A DNA stretch of 64,000 bases, taken from the NCBI RefSeq assembly GCF_009914755.1, contig NC_060940.1. The stretch is one strand, 5' to 3'. The DNA comes from the human T2T-CHM13v2.0 reference genome, Homo sapiens. A program made the translations under genes and the position numbers. This document shows positions 43,684-59,600 of this stretch, piece by piece (the stretch's first letter is position 1; each line of letters begins with the position of its first letter). Under the pieces are notes generated by a model. It saw only the letters and a program-made list of their open reading frames with translations, did no database searches and had not been told where the DNA came from.

Positions 43684-46600
43684 CCACAGGTTTCCATTCG
43701 ATGACGTTTCCGTTCGTGTCCATTCCATTATTCCATTCTATTTCATTTGATGATGATTCCATTCGATTCCATTCATTGGTGATTCCACTCAATTCCATTC
43801 AATGATTCCATTCCATTTCTTTCAACAATGATTCCCTTAGTTTCTATTCGATGATCCACTTGATTCCATTTGGCGATGATTCCATTCGTGTCCATTCGAT
43901 GATTCCATTTGATTCCATATGATGATGATTCCATTCGATTCCATATCATGATGATTCCATTCGACTCCATTCAATGGTGATTCCATTCAATTCCATTCGA
44001 TGATTCCTTCCGATTCCATTCGATGATGATGGCATTCGATTCCTTTCAATCATTCCCTTTGATTCCATTCAAAGGTGATTTCATTCAAGTCCATTCGATA
44101 ATTGCATTCGATTCCATTCTATGATGATTCCATTCGAGTCCATTTGATGATTCCATTCAATTCAAGTCAATGATGATTCCATTCGATTCCACTCGATGAT
44201 TCCATTGGATTCCATTCGATGATGATTCCATTCAAATCCATTCGATAATTCAATTCAAGTCCATTCGATGATGATTCCAATCGAATCCATTCAAAGATTC
44301 CATTCAATTCCATTCGATGATGATTCCCTTAGATTCCATTCGATGATTCCACTTGATTCCATTTACGATGATTCCATTCGATTCCATGTGATGAATCCAT
44401 TCAATTCTATTCAATGATGTTTCCATTTGATTCCATTGGACCATGATTGCCTTTGATTCCATTCAATGATTCCATTCGGTTCCATTTGATGATGATTCCG
44501 TTCTATTCCATTTCATTATTCCATTTGATTCCATTGGATGAGTCCATTCGATTACATTCGATGATTATTCCATTCGAGTGCATTAGATGATTGCATTCGA
44601 GTCCATTCGATGATTCCATTCGATTCCATTCGATGTTGATTCTGTTCAAATCCATTCGATGATTCCACTCGATTCCATTCGATGACTCCATTTGATCCCA
44701 TTCGATGATTTCCTGTGATTCCCTTTGATGATCATTCTATTTGATTCAATTCGGTGATTTCATTTCATTCCATTCAGTGATGTTTCCATTCGACTGTATT
44801 CGATGATGATTCCATTCGACTCCATTCGATTATGATTTCATTCAATTCCATTCAATAATGATTCCCTTCGAGTCCATTCGATGATTCCATTCGATTCCAT
44901 TCAACGATGATTTGATTCGTTTCCATTCGATGATTCCATTTGATTCCACTTGATGATGATTCCATTCGAGTCCATTTGATGATTCCATTCGAGTCTATTT
45001 ATGTATTATATTCGTGTCCACTTCATGATTCCATTCAATTCCATTTAATGTTGATTCCATTTGATTCCATTTGATGATTCAGTTCGATTCCTTGCAATGA
45101 TTCCCTACGATTCCTTTCTATGATTATTCCATTCGATTCCATTCATTGATGATTTCATTCGACTCCATTCGATGATGATTCCTTACGTTTCCATTTGACG
45201 ATGTTTCCCTTCGAGTCCATTCGATGATGATTCTATTCAATTCTGTTCTATTATGATTCCATTCGATTTCATTCAATGCTTCTATTTGATTCCATTCGAT
45301 GATGATTCCATCTCTTTCCCTTCGATGATTCCATTTGATTCCATTCAGTGATGATTCCATTTGATTCCATCTGATGATGATTTCACTTGATTCCTTTCAA
45401 TGATGATTCAATTCAAGCCCATTCAATGATTCCATTGGAGTCCAAACGATCATTCCGTTCGATTCCATTCAATGGTGATTCCATTCATGTCCATTCGATG
45501 AATCCATTCAATTCCATTCGATGATGACTCCATTCGAGTACATTCGATGATTCCATTTGATTCCATTTGAAGATGATTCCATTCAATTCCATTCGAAGAT
45601 GATTCCATTCAATTCCATTCGATGATGATTCCGTATGAATCCATTCTCTGATTATTCCATTCGATTCCATTCATTGACGATTCCATTCAATTCCATTCAA
45701 TGATGATTCTCTTCTATTCCATTCGATGATTCCGGTCGATTCCATTCGATGATGATTCCATTAGATTCCATTCGATTGTTGCATTCGATTCCCTTCGATG
45801 ATGATTCCTTTGAATTCCATTCGATTATCATTCCGTATGAATCCATTTGATGATTATTCCATTGGATTCCTTTCGATGATGATTCCATTCGATTCCATTT
45901 GATGATGTTTCTCTTGTATTCCATTGGATAATTCCTTTCAGTTCCCTTCGATGATTATTCTTTCGAGTCAATTCGATGATTCTATTCCATTCCCTTCGAT
46001 GATGATTCCATTTCACTCCATTTGATGATTCCATTCGACTCAATTTGGTGATGATTCAATTCGATGACATTCGATGACTCCATTCAATTTCATTTGATGA
46101 TGATTACATTCGAGTCCATTTGATGATTGTATTCCTTTCCTTTTGATGATTATTCCATTCGTGTCTATTCAAAGATTCCATTCTATTCCATTCAATGATG
46201 ATTGCATTTGATTCCATTCAATGATTATGGCTATCGATTCCACTCGTTGATTCCATTTGATTCCGTTCGATGATTATTCCGTTAGATTCCATTAGAAGAT
46301 TCCATTCGATTTTATTCAATGATTCCAATGGATTCCATTCAATGATGATTCCATTCGACTCCATTCAGTGATTCCATTCGAGTCCATTTGATGATTCCAT
46401 TCTTTTCCATTTGATGATGATTCCATTAGGGTCCATTCAATGATTCCATTCGAGTCCATTCGTTAATGCCTTTCGAGTCCTTTTGATCACTACATTCGAG
46501 TCCATTCAATGATTCTATTCGATTCCATTCCATGATGATTCCATTCGAGTTCATTCGATGATTGCATTCGAGTCCATTTGATGATTCCATATGATTCCCT

Positions 46601-47797
46601 TCGACAATGATTCCATTCGTGTCCATTTGATGATTCCATTCATTTCCTATCGATGAAGATTCCATTCAAGTGTATTCGATGATTCCATTCAAATCCATTC
46701 GATGATGATTCCATTCCAGTCCATTCGATCATTCCACTTGATTCCATTTGATGACTATTGCATTCAAATCCATTTGATGATTCCATTCGATTCCATTCGA
46801 TGTTACCATTCGAGTATATACGATGATTCCACTCGATTCCATTTGATGATTATTCCATTGGAGTCCACTTAGTGAATCCTTTAGATTCTACTGGAAGATG
46901 ATTCCATTCGAGTCCATTCGATGATACCATTCAATTCCATTCGTTGATGCTTCCATTCAAGTGCATTCGATGATATCATTCGATTCCATTTGATGATAAT
47001 TCCATTTGATTCCATGCGATGATTCTATTCGATTCCATTCAATGATAATTCCATTCAATTCAGTGATTCCTCTGGACTCCATTTGATGATGATTCCATTC
47101 AATGATTCCATTCGATTCTATTCGAAAATGATTCCATTTGAATCCATTTGATGATGATTCCATTGGATTCCATTTGATGATTCCATTCGATTCCATTCGA
47201 TGATGATTCCATTCGATTCCATTTGATGATTCCATTCTATTGCATTCGATCATGATTCCATTCGATTCCATTCGATGATGATTGGATTCGATTCCATTTG
47301 ATTCCATTCGATAATGATTTCGATCAATTCCATTCGATGATTCCATTCGATTCCATTCGATAATGATTACATCCGAGTCCATTCGATGATTCCATTTGAG
47401 CCCGTTCGATAATTCCATTTGAGTCCAATCAATGATTCCATTCATTTCCATTCAATGATTCCATTCGAGTCCATTTGATCATTCCGGTAGGGTCCGTTCG
47501 ATGTTGATTCCATTGGAGTGCATTCGATGATTCCATTCGAGTCCATTTTAGGATTTGATTCGAGTCCTTTCGATGATTCCATTCGATTCCACTCGATGAT
47601 TTCATTCGAGTCCATTCGACACTTCCAATCGATTCCATTTGATGTTTCCATTCGATTCCAATTGATGATTCCATTCAATTCCATTCGATGATGATTCCGT
47701 ACGATTCCATTCTGTGATGATTCCATGTGATTGCATTCAATGATGATTCCTTTCGATTGCATTCGATTATGATTCATTTCGTGTTCATTCTATGGTT
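43684..47797 (+). repeat. Unit U9, 4114 bp (U6-type minus 13 bp near 47295)
   Basis: Landmarks 43684 and 47798; carries the non-canonical segment at 44991-46821. Confidence 0.9.
44991..46821 (+). repeat. Non-canonical HSat2 segment, copy 2 (~1831 bp)
   Basis: Same junctions and k-mers as copy 1, offset +16095. Confidence 0.85.
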
Positions 47798-50700
47798 CCA
47801 CAGGTTTCCATTCGATGATGTTTCCATTCGTGTCCATTCCATTATTCCATTCTATTCCATTTGAAGATGATTCCATTCGATTCCATTCATTGGTGATTCC
47901 ACTCAATTCCATTCAATGATTCCATTCCATTTCTTTCAACAATGATTCCATTAGTTTCTATTCGATGATCCACTTGATTCCATTTGACGATGATTCCATT
48001 CGTGTCCATTCGATGATTCCATTTGATTCCATATGATGATGATTCCATTCGATTCCACACGATGATGATTCCATTCGAGTCCATTCAATGGTGATTCCAT
48101 TCAATTCCATTCGATGATTCCTTTCGATTCCATTCAATGATGATGGCATTCGATTCCTTTCGATCATTCCCTTTGATTCCATTCAAAGGTGATTTCATTC
48201 AAGTCCATTCGATAATTGCATTCGAAACCATTCTATGATGATTCCATTCGAGTCCATTTGATGATTCCATTCAATTCAAGTCAATGATGATTCCATTCGA
48301 TTCCACTCGATGATTCCATTGGATTCCATTCGATGATGATTCCATTCAAATCCATTCGATAATTCAATTCAAGTCCATTCGATGATGATTCCAATCGAAT
48401 CCATTCAAAGATTCCACTCAATTCCATTCGATGATGATTCCCTTAGATTCCATTCGATGATTCCACTTGATTCCATTTACGATGATTCCATTCGATTCCA
48501 TGTGATGATTCCATTCAATTCTATTCAATGATGTTTCCACTTGATTCCATTCGAACATGATTGCCTTTGATTCCATTCAATGATTCCATACGGTTCCATT
48601 TGATGATGATTCCATTCGAGTGCATTAGATGATTCCATTCGAGTCCATTCGATGATTCCATTCGATTCCATTCGATGTTGATTCTGTTCAAATCCATTCG
48701 ATGATTCCACTCGATTCCATTCGATGACTCCATTTGATCCCATTCGATGATTTCCTTTGATTCCCTTTGATGATCATTCCATTTGATTCAATTCGGTGAT
48801 TTCATTTGATTCCATTCAGTGATGTTTCCATTCAACTCCTTTCGATGATGATTCCATTCGACTCCATTCGATTATGATTTCATTCAATTCCATTCGATAA
48901 TGATTCCCTTCAAGTCCATTCGATGATTCCATTCGATTCCATTCAACGATGATTTGATTCGTGTCCATTCGATGATTCCATTTGATTCCATTTGATGATG
49001 ATTCCATTCGAGTCCCTTTGATGATTCCATTCAATTCCATTCTCCGATGATTTCTTTTGAGCCCATTCAATGCTTCCACTCGATTCCATATGATGATGAA
49101 TCCATTTGATGAAATTCCATGATGATTCCATTCGCTTGCATTCGATGATGATTCCACTTGAGTCCGTTAGAAGATTCTATTCAATTACATTCCATGACGA
49201 TTCTGTTCGAGTCCATTTGATGATTCCATTAGACTCCATTCGACGATGATTCCATTCGATGTTATTCGATGATGATTCCATTCAACTCCATTCGATGTTT
49301 CCATTCGAGTTCATTCTATTATTCCATTAGATTCCATTCGATGATGATTCCATTCGATTCCATTTGATGATTGCATTCTATTTCATTTGATGATGATTCC
49401 ATTCGAGTCCATTCGATGATTCCATTCGAGTCCATTTAATGAATCCATTGGTTTCAATTCTATGATGATTACATTGGATTCCATACGTGGATGATTTCAT
49501 TCGATTCCATTCAATGATGATTCCATTCAATTCCATTCAATGATTCCATTCAATTCCATACGATGATGATTCCATTTGATTTGATTCGACAGTGAGCCAT
49601 TCGATTCAATTCCATGATGATTCTATTTTATTCAATTGGTTGACATTTCCATTCGATTCCATTCGATGATGATTCCATTTGATTCCATTCAAAGATGATT
49701 CCATTCTAGCCCATTCAATCATTCCATTCGATTCTATTCAATGATGATTCCATTCATGTCGATTTGGTGATTCCATTTGACTTCATTTGATGATGATTCC
49801 TTTCAAGTTCATTAGATGATTCCATTCGATTCCATTTGATGATGATCCCATTCGAGTCCATTCAGTGATTCCACTCGTTTCCATTCCATGATGATTCCAT
49901 TCCTTTCCATTCAATGATTCCATTCGATTCCGTTTGATGATGATTTCATTCGAGTCCATTTGATGATTCCATTTGATTCCATTCGATGATGATTACATTC
50001 GAGTCCATACGATGATTCCACTCAATTCCATATGATGATGATTCCATTCGATTCCATTCGATGATTCCATTCTATTCTATTCAATGGTGATTCCATTCGA
50101 GTACATTAGATGATTCCATTCGATTCCATTCAATGATGATTCTATTTGTGTCCCTTAGATGGTTCCACATGATTCCATTTCATGATGATACTATTTGAGC
50201 CCATCCAATGATTCCCTTCGATTCCATTCGATGAGGATTCCATTCGATTCAATTCATTGGTGATTCTATTCAATTCAATTCTTTGATTCCATTCCATTCC
50301 ATTCGACAATGATTCCATTCGATTTCTTTCGATGATTCCACTCGATTCCACTTGACATTGATTCCATTCGATTCCATTCAATGATTCCGTTTGATTCCAG
50401 TGGATGATGATTGCCATCGATTCCATTCGATCACTCCATTCTATTCCATTTGATGATGATTACATTCGATTCCATTTGATGATTCCATCTGATTCTATTC
50501 GAGGATTCCATTTGATTCCATTCGATGATGATTCCATTCGAGTGCATTCGATGATTTCATTCGAGTACATCCAATGATTCCATTCGAGTCCATTTGATGA
50601 TTCCATTTGATTCCATTTGATTATGATTCTACTAGAGTCCATTCAATGACTCCATTCGAATCCATTCAACAATTCCATTCGAGGCCATTCGATGATTCCA

Positions 50701-53653
50701 TTTCATGATTCCATTCGAGTCCATTTAATCATTACAGTCGAGGCCATTTGGTGATTCCACTGGATTTCTTTTGATAATGATACCATTCAATTACATTTGA
50801 TGATGATCCCATCCAATTTCATTTGATGGTGATTCCATTAGAGTCCATTCGATGATTTCATTCGAGTCCCTTCATTGATTCCATCCGATTTCATTTGATG
50901 ATGACTCCATTCGAGTCCATTCGATGATTCCACTCGATTCCATTAGATGATTCCATTGGAGTCCATTTGATTGTTCCATTCGATTCTATTCGATTCCTTT
51001 CGAAGATTATTCCGTTTGAGTCCATTCGATGATGATTCCATTCCATTCCATTCGATGATTCCGTTTGATTCCATTCGATGATTCCCTTCGATTCCTTTCT
51101 TTGATGATTCCATTCCATTCCATTCAATGATTCCATTCGAATCTATTCCATGATGATTCCTTTCGATTCCATTCGCTGATGTTTCCGTTCAATTCCATTC
51201 GATGATGATTCCATTCGATTCCATTCATTGAGGATTCCATTGGATTCCATTCAATGATGATTCCATTCTATTCCATTCAATGATTGCATTCAATTCCATT
51301 CAATGATTATCCCCTGAGAGTAAACTCAACGATTCCATTCAATACCATTCGATGATGATTCCTTTTGAGTCCATTCAATGATTTCATTCAAGTCCATTTG
51401 ATGATTCCTTTCAATTCCATTCTATGATGATTCCATTCGAGTCCATTCGATGATTCCATTCGATTGCATTCGATGATTCCATTATATTCCAGTCAACGAT
51501 GATTCCATTCGAGTCCATTCGATGATTCCATTAGAGTACATTTAATGATTGCTTTGTTTTCAATTCGAAGATGATTACATTGGATTCCATTCTATGATAC
51601 CATTCGATTCCATTCAATGATGATTCCACTCAAATCCATTGGATGATTCCATTCGTGTCCATTCGGTGATTTCATTAGATTCCATTCGAGGATGATTCCA
51701 TTCGATTCCATTCGATGATTCCATTCAATTCCATTCGATGATGATTCCATTCCAGTCCATATGATCATTCCATTTGATTTCATTCGATGATGATTCCATT
51801 CGATTCCATTCGATGATTCCATTCTATTCCATTCGATGATGATTCCATTCGAGTCCATTCGATGATTCCATTCGAGTCCATTTAATGATTCCATTGGGTT
51901 CAATTCAATGATGATTACATTGGATTCCGTTCTATGATTCCATTCAATTCCGTTCATTGACAATTTGATTCCATTCGATGATGATTCCATTTGAGTTCAT
52001 TCGATGATTCTATTCGATTCTCTTCGATGGTGATTCAATTCTATTATATTGGATGATTCCATTCGATTCCATTTGATGTTGATTCAATTCGATTCTATTC
52101 GATGATGATTCCATTGGATTTCACTTGATGATTCTATTCGATTCCATTCAATGATGATTCACTTCTCGTCCATTGGATGATTCCATTTCATTCCATTCGA
52201 TGATGATTCCATTCGATTCCATTCGATGATTCCATTTGATTCCATGCGTCGGTGAGCAATTCGATTCAATTCCATGATGATTCTATTTGATTCAATTAGA
52301 TGATGTTTCCATTCGAATCCATTCCATGATTATTCCATTGGAATCCATTTGGCGATGATTCCATATGAGTCAATTCAATGATGATTCCATATGGGTCCGT
52401 TCGATGATAATTCCATTTGATTTCATTCGATGCTTCTATTCTATTCCAGTCGATGATGATTCCGTTGGAGTCCATACGATGATTCCATTTGATTTCATTT
52501 GATGATGATTCCATTCGATGATGATTACATTGGATTCCATTCTATGATTCCATTCGATTCCATTCGTTGATGATTCGATTCCATTCAATGATGATTCCAT
52601 TTGAGTTCATTCGATGATTCTATTCGATTCCGTTCGATGGTGATTCAATTCTATTATATAGGATGATTCCACTCGATTCCATTTGATGATTATTCCATTG
52701 GAGTCCACTTAGTGAATCCTTTAGATTCTACTCGAAGATGATTCCATTCGAGTCCATTCGATGATACCATTCAATTCCATTCGTTGATGCTTCCATTCAA
52801 GTGCATTCGATGATATCATTCGATTCCATTTGATGATAATTCCATTTGATTCCATGCGATGATTCTATTCGATTCCATTCAATGATAATTCCATTCAATT
52901 CAGTGATTCCTCTGGACTCCATTTGATGATGATTCCATTCAATGATTCCATTCGATTCTATTCCAAAATGATTCCATTTGAATCCATTTGATGATGATTC
53001 CATTAGATTCCATTTGATGATTCCATTCGATTCCATTTGACGATGATTCCATTCGATTCCATTTGATGATTCCATTCTATTCTATTCGATGATGATTCCA
53101 TTCGATTCCATTTGATGATGATTGGATTCGATTCCATTTGATGATTTCATTTGATTCCATTCGTTAATGATTTCGATCAACTCCATTCGATGATTCCATT
53201 TGATTCCATTCTATAATGATTACATCCGAGTCCATTCGATGATTCCATTTGAGCCCGTTCGATAATTCCATTTGAGTCCAATCAATGATTCCATTCATTT
53301 CCATTCAATGATTCCATTCGAGTCCATTTGATCATTCTGGTAGGGTCCGTTCGATGTTGATTCCATTGGAGTGCATTCGATGATTGCATTCGAGTCCATT
53401 TTAGGATTTGATTCGAGTCCTTTCGATGATTCCATTCGATTCCACTCGATGATGATTTCATTCGAGTCCATTCGACACTTCCAATCGATTCCATTTGATG
53501 TTTCCATTCGAGTCCAATTGATGATTCCATTCAATTCCATTCGATGATGATTCCGTACGATTCCATTCTGTGATGATTCCATGTGATTGCATTCAATGAT
53601 GATTCCTTTAGATTGCATTCGATTGTGATTCATTTCGTCTTCATTCTATGGTT
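47798..53653 (+). repeat. Unit U10, 5856 bp (U7-type)
   Basis: Landmarks 47798 and 53654; same deletion junctions as U7 near 48605, 49265, 49990 and 50700. Confidence 0.9.
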
Positions 53654-56600
53654 CCACAGGTTTCCATTCGTGTCCATTCCATTATTCCATTCTATTCCAT
53701 TTGGTGATGATTCCATTCGATTCCATTCATTGGTGATTCCACTCAATTCCATTCAATGATTCCATTCCATTTCTTTCAACAATGATTCCATTAGTTTCTA
53801 ATCGATGATCCACTTGATTCCATTTGACGACGATTCCATTCTTGTCCATTCGATGATTCCATTTGATTCCATATGATGATGATTCCATTCGATTCCATAC
53901 CATGATGATTCCATTCGAGTCCATTCAATGGTGATTCCATTCAATTCCATTCGATGATTCCTTTCGATTCCATTCGATGATGATGGCATTCGATTCCTTT
54001 CAATCATTCCCTTTGATTCCATTCAAAGGTGATTTCATTCAAGTCCATTCGATAATTGCATTCGATTCCATTCTATGATGATTCCATTCGAGTCCATTTG
54101 ATGATTCCATTCAATTCAAGTCAATGATGATTCCATTCGATTCCATTCGATGATTCCATTGGATTCCATTCGATGATGATTCCATTCAAATCCATTCGAT
54201 AATTCAATTCAAGTCCATTCGATGATGATTAAAATCGAATCCATTCAAAGATTCCATTCAGTTCCATTCGATGATTCCCTTAGATTCCATTCGATGATTC
54301 CACTTGATTTCATTTACGATGATTCCATTCGATTCCATGTGATGATTCCATTCAATACTATTCAATGCTGTTTCCATTTGATTCCATTCGACCATGATTG
54401 CCTTTGATTCCATTCAATGACTCCATTCGGTTCCTTTTGATGATGATTCCGTTCGATTCCATTTGATGATTCCATTTGATTCCATTGGATGAGTCCATTC
54501 GATTACATTCGATGATTATTCCATTCGAGTGCATTAGATGATTCCATTCGAGTCCATTCGATGATTCCATTCGATTCCATTCGATGTTGATTCTGTTCAA
54601 ATCCATTCGATGATTCCACTCGATTCCATTCGATGACTCCAGTTGATCCCATTCGATGATTTCCTTTGATTCCCTTTGATGATCATTCCATTTGATTCAA
54701 TTCGGTGATTTCATTTGATTCCATTCAGTGATGTTTCCATTCGACTCCATTCGATGATGATTCCATTCGACTCCATTCGATTATGATTTCATTCAATTCC
54801 ATTCGATAATGATTCCCTTCGAGTCCATTCGATGATTCCATTCGATTCCATTCAACGATGATTTGATTCGTGTCCATTCGATGATTCCATTTGATTCCAC
54901 TTGATGATGATTCCATTCGAGTCCATTTGATGATTCCATTCAATTCCATACTCCGATGATTTCTTTTGAGCCCACTCAATGCTTCCACTCGATTCCATAT
55001 GATGATGACTCCATTCGATGAAATTCGATGATGATTCCATTCGCTTGCTTTCGATGATGATTCCACTTGAGTCTGTTAGAAGATTCTATTCAATTACATT
55101 CCATGACGATTCCGTTCGAGTCCATTTGATGATTCCATTAGACTCCATTCGACGATGATTCCATTCGATGTTATTCGATGATTCCATTCGATCTCATTCG
55201 ATGATGATTCCATTCAACTCCATTCGATGTTTCCATTCGAGTTCATTCTATTATTCCATTAGATTCCATTCGATGATGATTCCATTCGATTCCATTTGAT
55301 GATTGCATTCTATTTCATTTGATGATGATTCCATTCGAGTCCACTCGATGATTCCATTCGAGTCCATTTAATGAATCCATTGGTTTCAATTCTATGATGA
55401 TTACATTGGATTCCATTCGTTGATGATTTCATTCGGTTCCATTCAATGATGATTCCATTCAATTCCTTTCAATGTTTCCATTCAATTCCATACGATGATG
55501 ATTCCATTTGATTTGATTCGACAGTGAGCCATTCGATTCAATTCCATGATGATTCTATTTGATTCAATTGGTTGACATTTCCATTCGATTCCATTCGATG
55601 ATGATTCCCTTTGATTCCATTCAAAGATGATTCCATTCTAGCCCATTCAATCATTCCATTCGATTCTATTCAATGATGATTCCATTCATGTCGATTTGGT
55701 GATTCCATTTGACTTCATTTGATGATGATTCCTTTCAAGTTCATTAGATGATTCCATTCGATTCCATTTGATGATGATCCCATTCGAGTCCATTCAGTGA
55801 TTCCACTCGTTTCCATTCCATGATGATTCCATTCCATTCCATTTAATGATTCCATTCGATTCCGTTTGATGATGATTTCATTCGAGTCCATTTGATGATT
55901 CCATTTGATTCCATTCGATGATGATTCCATTCGAGTCCATTCGATGATTCTATTCGAATCCATTTGATGATTTCTTTTGATTAGAGTTGGTGATGATTCC
56001 ATTGGAGTCCATTCAATGATTCCATTCTATTCCAATCGATGGTGATTCCATTAGAGTCCATTTAATGATTCCATTTGATTCCAGTCTCTGATGATTACAT
56101 TCGAGTCCATACGATGATTCCACTCAATTCCATATGATGATGATTCCATTCGATTCCATTCGATGATTCCATTCTATTCTATTCAATGGTGATTCCATTC
56201 GAGTACATTAGATGATTCCATTCGATTCCATTCAATGATGATTCTATTTGTGTCCCTTAGATGATTCCACATGATTCCATTAGATGATGATACTATTTGA
56301 GCCCATCCAATGATTCCCTTCGATTCCATTCGATGAGGATTCCATTCGATTCAATTCATTGGTGATTCTATTCAATTCAATTCTTTGATTCCATTCCATT
56401 CCATTCGACAATGATTCCATTCGATTTCTTTCGATGATTCCACTCGATTCCCCTTGACATTGATTCCCTTCGATTCCATTCAATGATTCCATTTGATTCC
56501 AGTGGATGATGATTGCCGTCGATTCCATTCGATCACTCCATTCTGTTCCATTTGATAATGATTACATTCGATTCCATTTGATGATTCCATCTGATTCTAT

Positions 56601-59600
56601 TCGAGGATTCCATTTGATTCCATTCGATGATGATTCCATTCGAGTCCATTCGATGGTTTCATTCGAGTACATCCAATGATTCCATTCGAGTCCATTTGAT
56701 GATTCCATTTGATTCCATTTCATAATGATTCTACTAGAGTCCATTCAATGACTCCATTGGAGTCCATTCAACACTTCCATTCGACTCCATTTGATGATTC
56801 CATTCGATTCCATTTGATGATTCCATTCGAGTCCATTTAATCATTACAGTCGAGTCCATTTGGTGATTCCACTGGATTTCTTTAGATAATGATACCATTC
56901 AATTACATTTGATGATGATCCCATTCAATTTCATTTGATGATGATTCCATTAGAGTCCATTCGATGATTTCATTCGAGTCCCTTCATTGATTCCATCCGA
57001 TTTCATTGGATGATGACTCCATTCGAGTCCATTCGATGATTCCACTCGATTCCATTAGATGACTCCATTGGAGTCCATTTGATTGTTCCATTCGATTCCA
57101 TTCGATTCCTTTCGAAGATTATTCCATTTGAGTCCATTCGATGATGATTCCATTCCATTCCATTCGATGATTCCGTTTGATTCCATTCGATGAATCCCTT
57201 CGATTCCTTTCTTTGATGATTCCATTCCATTCCATTCAATGATTCCATTCGAATCTATTCCATGATGATTCCTTTCGATTCCATTCGCTGATGTTTCCTT
57301 TCAATTCCATTCGATGATGATTCCATTCGATTCCATTCATTGAGGATTCCATTTGATTCCATTCAATGATGTTTCCGTTCTATTCCATTCAATGATTGCA
57401 TTCAATTCCATTCAATGATTATCCCCTTAGAGTAAACTCAACGATTCCATTCAATACCATTCGATGATGATTCCTTTTGAGTCCATTCAATGATTTCATT
57501 CAAGTCCATTTGATGATTCCTTTCAATTCCATTCTATGATGATTCCATTCGAGTCCATTCCATGATTCCATTCGATTGCATTCGATGATTCCATTATATT
57601 CCAGTCAACGATGATTCCATTCGAGTCCATTCGATGATTCCATTAGAGTACATTTAATGATTGCTTTGTTTTCAATTCGAAGATGATTACATTCGATTCC
57701 ATTCTATGATACCATTCGATTCCATTCAATGATGATTCCACTCAAATCCATTGGATGATTCCATTCGTGTCCATTCGGTGATTTCATTAGATTCCATTCG
57801 AGGATGATTCCATTCGATTCCATTCGATGATTCCATTCAATTCCATTCGATGATGATTCCATTCCAGTCCATATGATCATTCCATTTGATTTCATTCGAT
57901 GATGATTCCATTCGATTCCATTCGATGATTCCATTCTATTCCATTCGATGATGATTCCATTCGAGTCCATTCGATGATTCCATTCGAGTCCATTTAATGA
58001 TTCCATTGGGTTCAATTCAATGATGATTACATTGGATTCCGTTCTATGATTCCATTCAATTCCGTTCATTGACAATTTGATTCCATTCGATGATGATTCC
58101 ATTTGAGTTCATTCGATGATTCTATTCGATTCTCTTCGATGGTGATTCAATTCTATTATATTGGATGATTCCATTCGATTCCATTTGATGTTGATTCAAT
58201 TCGATTCTATTCGATGATGATTCCATTGGATTTCACTTGATGATTCTATTCGATTCTATTCGATGATGATTCCATTAGATTTCACTTGATGATTCTATTC
58301 GATTCCATTCAATGATGATTCACTTCTCGTCCATTGGATGATTCCATTTCATTCCATTCGATGATGATTCCATTCGATTCCATTCGATGATTCCATTTGA
58401 TTCCATGCGACGGTGAGCAATTCGATTCAATTCCATGATGATTCTATTTGATTCAATTAGATGATGTTTCCATTCGAATCCATTCCACGATTATTCCATT
58501 GGAATCCATTTGGCGATGATTCCATATGAGTGAATTCAATGATGATTCCATATGGGTCCGTTCGATGATAATTCCATTTGATTTCATTCAATGCTTCTAT
58601 TCTATTCCAGTCGATGATGATTCCGTTGGAGTCCATACGATGATTCCATTTGATTTCATTTGATGATGATTCCATTCGATGATGATTACATTGGATTCCA
58701 TTCTATGATTCCATTCAATTCCATTCGTTGATGATTCGATTCCATTCAATGATGATTCCATTTGAGTTCATTCGATGATTCTATTCGATTCCGTTCGATG
58801 GTGATTCAATTCTCTTATATTGGATGATTCCACTCGATTCCATTTGATGATTATTCCATTGGAGTCCAATTAGTGAATCCTTTAGATTCTACTCGAAGAT
58901 GATTCCATTCGAGTCCATTCAATGATACCATTCAATTTCATTCGTTGATGCTTCCATTCAAGTGCATTCGATGATATCATTCGATTCCATTTGATGATAA
59001 TTCCATTTGATTCCATGCGATGATTCTATTCGATTCCATTCAATGATAATTCCATTCAATTCAGTGATTCCTCTGGACTCCATTTGATGATTATTCCATT
59101 CAATGATTCCATTCGATTCTATTCCAAAATGATTCCATTTGAATCCATTTGATGATGATTCCATTAGATTCCATTTGATGATTCCATTCGATTCCATTTG
59201 ACGATGATTCCATTCGATTCCATTTGATGATTCCATTCTATTCTATTCGATTATGATTCCATTCGATTCCATTTGATGATGATTGGATTCGATTCCATTT
59301 GATGATTTCATTTGATTCCATTCGTTAATGATTTCGATCAACTCCATTCGATGATTCCATTTGATTCCATTCGATAATGATTACATCCGAGTCCATTCGA
59401 TGATTCCATTTGAGCCCGTTCGATAATTCCATTTGAGTCCAATCAATGATTCCATTCATTTCCATTCAATGATTCCATTCGAGTCCATTTGATCATTCTG
59501 GTAGGGTCCGTTCGATGTTGATTCCATTGGAGTGCATTCGATGATTCCATTCGAGTCCATTTTATGATTTGATTCGAGTCCTTTCGATGATTCCATTCGA

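Noticed and set aside
46957-47451. Longest ORF (164 aa)
   Set aside because: It was created by the private 13-bp deletion near 47295, which fuses two frames; it is absent from sister units U6 and U12.
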